A DNA stretch of 12,517 nucleotides from a virus (Duplodnaviria > Heunggongvirae > Uroviricota > Caudoviricetes): the IMG/VR virus record IMGVR_UViG_2531839668_000004, positions 1 to 12,517 of that record. One strand, written 5' to 3'. Positions 7,534-12,517 of this stretch are shown in pieces; position 1 is the stretch's first letter, and every line of letters starts with the position of its first letter. The translations under genes were made by a program, and so were the position numbers. The notes under the pieces were generated by a model. It searched no databases. It had not been told where the DNA came from and saw nothing but the letters and a program-made list of their open reading frames with translations.

Positions 7534-7997
7534 CAGATAAGCTCCACTGTGCAGTGCGGCGCATCCTGCACCCGACTGATGGCCCAGCGGGCGTCACGCC
7601 ACAAATCACCGCTGGATTCCGCCAGTTCCTCGCCCCGCTTCACACCGGATGCCGTGGCGTCATAGTCCTGGTAACGTTCGTTGAGCATGGCGCGTGCCCA
7701 GCAGTAAACCGCGTTGAAATAGTGCTGAATGCGCTCGCTTTTGCCGTCCAGTTGTTCCGCCGGGACTTCTGCCAGCGAGGCATACCCCAGCATCTGCTGG
7801 CGTCTGCGAAACTCATACAGCTCTGCGTTGACCTCCGAAATTGCCGACAGCGCAACCTGCTTTAAACGCGGCTGCGTCACCGTGCCGTCAGTGCGCATCA
7901 CGCTGCGAAACTCCGACGGGTCCACATCAGGCCAGAACGGCGTGTTTCTGATGATTTCCGCCTGTTCCGGTGCCTGTTCTGGCGCAACAAACTTCAT
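7533..7997 (-). CDS. L: Head completion / stabilisation protein L (P2 gpL-like)
   Basis: ORF track gives 7533..8060 from a GTG; the ATG at 7997 (MKFVAPEQ...) has an AGGAGA ribosome-binding site about 7 nt upstream and is the more likely start. Precedes X as in P2. Confidence 0.8.
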   Translation of the reverse strand: MKFVAPEQAPEQAEIIRNTPFWPDVDPSEFRSVMRTDGTVTQPRLKQVALSAISEVNAELYEFRRRQQMLGYASLAEVPAEQLDGKSERIQHYFNAVYCWARAMLNERYQDYDATASGVKRGEELAESSGDLWRDARWAISRVQDAPHCTVELI

Positions 7998-8190
7998 GCT
8001 GCTTTCTCCTGAAATAGAGGGCGGTGGACGGGATTTTGATGTGGCTGTGCCTTTCGCCACCCCGTGCCGCCCGTGCGCGGGGGCACGTTCTGTCAGCGGC
8101 TGTCATTGCGCAGTCTGCGCTCCAGCTGCTGTTTGTCTTTTTTCACGCCACAGCGGGGATCGAGCTGTAACGCATGGTTGAGATGGTTAA

Positions 8191-9375
8191 GGGCAGAAGG
8201 CACAGGCTCACGTCTTTAAGCAGTACATCATCGACTTCGCCAAAGAAGTGGAGGTGGAGCTGAAAGGCGATCCGATGGTGCTTCCTAACGGGGCCACGCT
8301 TTACTTCCTCGGCACCAATGCCCGCACGGCCCAGAGTTATCACGGCAACCTGTATCTGGATGAATATTTCTGGATACCGAAATTCCAGGAGCTGCGCAAA
8401 GTGGCTTCCGGTATGGCTATTCACAAGAAATGGCGACAAACCTATTTTTCCACGCCATCCAGCCTGACACACAGTGCTTATCCGTTCTGGTCCGGTGCGC
8501 TGTTCAACCGTGGGCGCAACAAAGCCGATAAGGTGGACATCGACCTGTCCCACAGCAATCTGGCTCCCGGCCTGCTGTGTGCAGACGGGCAGTACCGCCA
8601 GATAGTCACTGTGGAAGATGCGGTGCGCGGCGGCTGTAACCTGTTCGACCTCGACCAGTTGCGCATGGAGTACAGCCCGGACGAATACCAGAACCTGCTG
8701 ATGTGTGAGTTCGTGGACGATCTCGCGTCCGTATTCCCGCTCAGCGAGCTGCAGGCGTGCATGGTGGACAGCTGGGAAGTCTGGACCGACTTTCATGCAC
8801 TGGCCCTGCGCCCGTTTGGCTGGCGCGAAGTATGGATCGGTTATGACCCGGCGAAAGGTACGCAGAACGGCGACAGTGCCGGATGCGTGGTGGTGGCTCC
8901 GCCAGCCGTGCCGGGCGGTAAGTTCCGCATTCTTGAGCGTCACCAGTGGCGCGGGATGGACTTCCGCGCCCAGGCGGACGCCATCAAAAAACTGACCGAA
9001 CAGTACAACGTGACCTATATCGGCATCGACTCGACAGGTGTAGGTCACGGGGTTTATGAGAACGTGAAAGCGTTCTTTCCTGCCGTCCGGGAGTTTGTTT
9101 ACAACCCCAACGTTAAAAACGCCCTGGTACTCAAGGCCTACGACATTATCAGTCACCGTCGTCTGGAGTTTGACGCCGGACACACCGACATCGCGCAGTC
9201 ATTTATGGCAATCCGTCGCGCCACCACCGCCAGCGGCAACCGCCCGACCTATGAAGCCAGCCGCAGCGAAGAAGCCAGCCACGCCGATCTGGCCTGGGCA
9301 ACGATGCATGCACTGTTTAACGAACCGCTGCAGGGTGAATCCGCCAATACCAGCAATATTGTGGAGATTTTTTGA
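8191..9375 (+). pseudogene. P: Terminase large (ATPase) subunit P, N-terminally truncated: only about the C-terminal two-thirds is present
   Basis: The frame opens right after a TAA at 8188-8190 and runs to 9375 (about 394 codons, versus about 590 aa that I recall for P2 gpP). No N-terminal Walker A region is present; LYLDEYF is Walker-B-like. Stop overlaps the Q start (ATGA). Divergent from L, with nothing in between. Confidence 0.7.
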
Positions 9376-10418
9376 TGGGAAAGAGTAAGAAAAACCGCGC
9401 TGCGGCGACGAATCAGCTCAAGCATAAAAACCAGACTTCAGCCGAAGCATTCAGCTTCGGCGATCCCGTTCCGGTTCTGGACCGCCGTGAACTGCTGGAC
9501 TATGTGGAATGCGTACAGACAGATCGCTGGTATGAGCCGCCAGTGAGTTTTGACGGACTGGCGCGTACCTTTCGCGCCGCCGTGCACCACAGCTCACCGA
9601 TTGCAGTGAAATGCAACATTCTGACCAGCACCTACATCCCTCACCCGCTGCTCAGCCAGCAGGCTTTTTCACGTTTTGTGCAGGACTATCTGGTTTTTGG
9701 TAACGCCTACCTGGAGAAACGCACGAACCGGTTCGGTGAAGTTATCGCCCTTGAGCCTGCTCTGGCAAAATACACCCGACGCGGATTAGACCTGGATACC
9801 TACTGGTTTGTGCAATACGGTATGACAACCCAGCCGTATCAGTTCACGAAAGGCAGCATTTTTCATCTGATGGAACCGGATATTAATCAGGAGATCTACG
9901 GCCTGCCCGGCTATCTTTCTGCCATCCCATCCGCTTTGCTCAACGAGTCCGCCACGCTGTTCCGCCGGAAGTATTACATTAACGGTAGTCATGCAGGCTT
10001 CATCATGTACATGACCGATGCCGCGCAGAACCAGGAGGATGTGAACAACCTCCGCAATGCGATGAAAAGCGCCAAAGGTCCAGGCAACTTCCGCAACCTG
10101 TTTATGTACTCGCCTAACGGCAAAAAGGACGGGCTTCAGATCATCCCGTTGTCAGAAGTTGCGGCGAAGGATGAGTTTCTGAATATCAAGAACGTGAGCC
10201 GTGATGACATGATGGCTGCGCACCGCGTGCCGCCGCAAATGATGGGGATTATGCCTAATAATGTTGGAGGGTTTGGGGATGTGGAAAAAGCCGCGAAGGT
10301 TTTTGTCAGAAATGAGTTGGTTCCTTTGCAGAAAAGACTAGTTGAGCTAAACACCTGGATAAATCAAAATATTGTGTCATTTAATGACTACATCCTTGAC
10401 CAAGATAAGGGCATTTAA
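9372..10418 (+). CDS. Q: Portal protein (P2 gpQ-like)
   Basis: 348 aa, close to the size of P2 gpQ; coupled to P by an ATGA overlap. The last roughly 35 codons are encoded by AT-rich DNA. Confidence 0.85.
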   Translation: MMGKSKKNRAAATNQLKHKNQTSAEAFSFGDPVPVLDRRELLDYVECVQTDRWYEPPVSFDGLARTFRAAVHHSSPIAVKCNILTSTYIPHPLLSQQAFSRFVQDYLVFGNAYLEKRTNRFGEVIALEPALAKYTRRGLDLDTYWFVQYGMTTQPYQFTKGSIFHLMEPDINQEIYGLPGYLSAIPSALLNESATLFRRKYYINGSHAGFIMYMTDAAQNQEDVNNLRNAMKSAKGPGNFRNLFMYSPNGKKDGLQIIPLSEVAAKDEFLNIKNVSRDDMMAAHRVPPQMMGIMPNNVGGFGDVEKAAKVFVRNELVPLQKRLVELNTWINQNIVSFNDYILDQDKGI

Positions 10419-10429
10419 TGCCCTTTTTT
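10407..10429 (+). terminator. Intrinsic terminator hairpin shared by the convergent Q and membrane-protein genes
   Basis: AAGGGCAT-TTA-ATGCCCTT stem-loop followed by a T-run; the Q stop codon lies in the loop, and the converging minus-strand gene ends at 10415. Confidence 0.6.
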
Positions 10430-11206
10430 ATCCTCATAAGCAACGTCATCGTATAATTTTAAGGCACCTAAATCATGTAATTGCTGCTTGAATTCCTTAC
10501 TTAAACTAAACCCCTGAAGGAGAGAATATTTTTCAATAAATTTCTTGGCAGGCTTTCCTACCGATGAAAAACCATTTAATAGCATCGCGCCAGATTCTAT
10601 AGAAGATATTTGTGCTCTAACTAATTTCGCATACTTGGTTTTTTCTTTCTCAGTCAAATAGTTAGAGTCGTTGATATGTTTAAAAATATGGTAAATATTC
10701 CTGAAATAATGTCCCACATTCGCAAAATTGTCACCTTCCAGATAAACCATATTAACTGAAAGCTCTAACCTTTCATCCAAAGGAAGTGAATCATCCACAA
10801 TATTAAGTAGGTTAAACTTCACTTCGGTAATGTATAATGAAAGAGCCTCTCGTCCTACATACACTTTTCCATCTGAATACGTTGTTTTAATTTCTGATAA
10901 GTTATCTTTATGAAATCTTAGTAACTCAAATAACACAGACTCGAATGACTGAATAGATGACTGCCTGGATGTAGAATATAGTGTGAAACAAACAAGCATG
11001 ATAGAGATAAAGGCCAGAGCAGGATTCAGTACACCACCAATATAATCGCCAAACTGTCCCCATTTCTCTACGGAATCACTCCATGAATACATTCCAAATT
11101 TACAAACATAGCTAACAAACACTATCAGCATTAAAATAAAAGCCAAAAACAACAGTGAATAAATAATGGCATAACGCTTAATATTTCGAAGAATGGCACC
11201 ACACAT
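10415..11206 (-). CDS. Membrane-anchored protein of unknown function (two N-terminal transmembrane helices plus a roughly 190-aa soluble domain); cargo gene
   Basis: ORF track gives 10415..11272 (285 aa), but that start overlaps the ASCH gene by 55 bp; the internal ATG at 11206 (MCGAILRNIKRYAIIYSLLFLAFILMLIVFVSYV...) avoids this. Second hydrophobic helix LNPALAFISIMLVCFTLY. AT-rich codon usage unlike the phage module. Confidence 0.6.
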   Translation of the reverse strand: MCGAILRNIKRYAIIYSLLFLAFILMLIVFVSYVCKFGMYSWSDSVEKWGQFGDYIGGVLNPALAFISIMLVCFTLYSTSRQSSIQSFESVLFELLRFHKDNLSEIKTTYSDGKVYVGREALSLYITEVKFNLLNIVDDSLPLDERLELSVNMVYLEGDNFANVGHYFRNIYHIFKHINDSNYLTEKEKTKYAKLVRAQISSIESGAMLLNGFSSVGKPAKKFIEKYSLLQGFSLSKEFKQQLHDLGALKLYDDVAYEDKKGH

Positions 11207-11217
11207 CTCACAATACC

Positions 11218-11595
11218 TTATATATAATCCATATTTAAATCTATTGTATAAATACCTTTCCTCGCCACACAAGGAATAGATTTTTTTAAAGTTCTAACAT
11301 TTTTAATTTCCCACACATAATAACCTGGAGACCAAGGCTTATTAAGAGTTGTTTCTTGGTTTTGTTTTAAGTAATCCTCATATGACCAATTTCTAACTGA
11401 AACAAAATCGACAATAGCCATAGCCACCCCATGATCTATATCGCTTTGATTTTTAAGATATTTATCATTCTGAACAAGAATGACGTTTTTTAATGGTATC
11501 GTTTCAGGATACCACGACCGTATTTCGATAGATTTAGAACCATTTATAATATTTTCTACCGCTGGAGTCAAAATCGATATAGCTTGAAACTTCAT
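11218..11595 (-). CDS. ASCH-domain (PUA-like beta-barrel) protein
   Basis: 125 aa; N-terminal ISILTPAVENIINGSKSIEIRSW contains the ASCH signature G-x-K-x-x-E-x-R. GAGGA ribosome-binding site before the start; AT-rich; upstream of and co-oriented with the membrane protein gene. Confidence 0.7.
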   Translation of the reverse strand: MKFQAISILTPAVENIINGSKSIEIRSWYPETIPLKNVILVQNDKYLKNQSDIDHGVAMAIVDFVSVRNWSYEDYLKQNQETTLNKPWSPGYYVWEIKNVRTLKKSIPCVARKGIYTIDLNMDYI

Positions 11596-11660
11596 GCTCT
11601 ATCCTCTACTATGCTAAGGCTATAACATTCTAACATAAATAAATAAACGGAGGTAATACT

Positions 11661-12206
11661 ATGTTAATTTTCATAGCAGGTGTTCATGGTGTAGGCAAAG
11701 GTTACTTGTGTTCATTTGCAAAAGATGATTTCGGGGTAACTCATGTAAGCGCAAGCGAACTTATAAAAAATAATTCTAATATTAAATTTGATAACAGTAA
11801 GTTAACGGCCACACCTGATAAAAACCAATCAATATTACTTACGGCACTTAATGCATTAAAGTCAAAGGTATCCAATATTTTATTGGATGGTCATTTTACC
11901 TTAATAAATAAAAATGGAGATATTGAAGTTCTCAAGCAAGAAGTATTTGAGGAAATGGGGCTAGATGGAGTAATTTTAGTTGAGGAGTCTCCCGATACAA
12001 TTAGAGAACGAATAATGAAACGAGATGGGAGTGATATTACTTATGATTTAAATAAGCTGATGGAAGCTGAAAGAGAAAACGCAAAATATGTTACAAATAA
12101 AATCAATGTACCATTAATTATCTTAGAATCCCCAACAACAAACGATTTATCTATTGCTCTAGAAAAACTGGGCATGGTTAAGAAACATGCCCAGATAACA
12201 TTATAA
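11661..12206 (+). CDS. Small P-loop NTPase, nucleoside/nucleotide-kinase-like
   Basis: 181 aa; Walker A MLIFIAGVHGVGKGY at the extreme N-terminus and a Walker-B-like hhhhD (ILLDGHF), the layout of small adenylate/shikimate-type kinases. GGAGG ribosome-binding site 7 nt upstream. Divergent from the ASCH gene across a 65-bp AT-rich gap. Confidence 0.65.
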   Translation: MLIFIAGVHGVGKGYLCSFAKDDFGVTHVSASELIKNNSNIKFDNSKLTATPDKNQSILLTALNALKSKVSNILLDGHFTLINKNGDIEVLKQEVFEEMGLDGVILVEESPDTIRERIMKRDGSDITYDLNKLMEAERENAKYVTNKINVPLIILESPTTNDLSIALEKLGMVKKHAQITL

Positions 12207-12517
12207 ATAACGATAAGACTGTGGGGCGACGCCGCCGGGAATCAACTCATTTAAGTCGACAGGGAATTTATATCTTTTAGGGCTTTTGATGGAAATAGCA
12301 AAAGCCTTTTCTCTTTGGTGGAAATAATCTTTAAAAAAAGAATGTGTAATTCCTGCATGAGCTTTCGTTTTATCCCACAATTCTGAAGGGGATAGAGCAA
12401 GAATATCTCCTACTTTAAATTCACCTATTACTTTGCCAACCGGCATCGTTGCGTAAATAACTATCGTATCAACATTTTTATTTCTAAAAATATTTTTCCG
12501 AAACTCATATTTTTTTA
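12201..12517 (-). CDS. Partial ORF (C-terminal part; N-terminus beyond the right window edge), unknown function
   Basis: ORF track shows 12201..12446 (81 aa), but the frame appears open upstream to the window edge (..DTIVIYATMPVGKVIGEFKVGDILALSP...). Convergent with the kinase gene, overlapping it by 6 bp. AT-rich. Confidence 0.5.
   Translation of the reverse strand, partial: KKYEFRKNIFRNKNVDTIVIYATMPVGKVIGEFKVGDILALSPSELWDKTKAHAGITHSFFKDYFHQREKAFAISIKSPKRYKFPVDLNELIPGGVAPQSYRYL

Noticed and set aside
8061-8090. GC-rich dyad (CGTGCC...GGCACG with an inner CCCG/CGGG pair) between L and the P remnant, considered as a terminator
   Set aside because: No T-run follows on either strand, so it is not a canonical intrinsic terminator; it may simply be the end of the M remnant or the junction.
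7729-8181. 150-aa plus-strand ORF spanning the L start and the L-P gap
   Set aside because: Overlaps the well-supported L gene on the opposite strand and crosses the putative deletion junction; no start context.
8143-9183. 346-aa minus-strand ORF
   Set aside because: Entirely antisense to the terminase P remnant, whose plus-strand frame has clear phage homology and is coupled to Q.
10419-10560. Search for a P2-type cos site downstream of Q
   Set aside because: No GC-rich cohesive-end-like sequence recognised; the region is AT-rich coding sequence of the converging membrane protein gene. Cannot be excluded without alignment.
1-12517. CRISPR arrays, tRNA or rRNA genes, integrase or attachment sites
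   Set aside because: No short direct repeats with regular spacing, no tRNA-like structures and no integrase-like ORF were seen; prophage ends are presumably outside the window.

Overview
The window is a segment of a P2-like (Peduovirus-type) prophage from an enterobacterial host, followed by a visibly AT-rich cargo island. From about 270 to 8060 the minus strand carries the tail, baseplate and lysis module in P2 order (tfa/G, H, I, J, W, V, S, R, lysC/lysB, lysA, K, Y, X, L), tightly packed with overlapping start and stop codons. Next to L on the plus strand are an N-terminally truncated terminase large-subunit gene (P) and an intact portal gene (Q). The capsid genes expected between L and P in P2 (M, N, O) are absent, so the element looks defective. 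The left end shows signs of an invertible tail-fibre segment: a hix/gix-like 26-bp site inside H and a convergent, frameshifted second tfa copy. From about 10.3 kb to the right edge the composition changes sharply and encodes four non-phage-structural genes: a membrane-anchored protein, an ASCH-domain protein, a small P-loop kinase-like protein and a partial ORF running off the window. This sits where P2-like phages carry variable accessory and anti-phage loci and is the best candidate for an undescribed system. All calls rest on reading the supplied translations and sequence; no database search was run.
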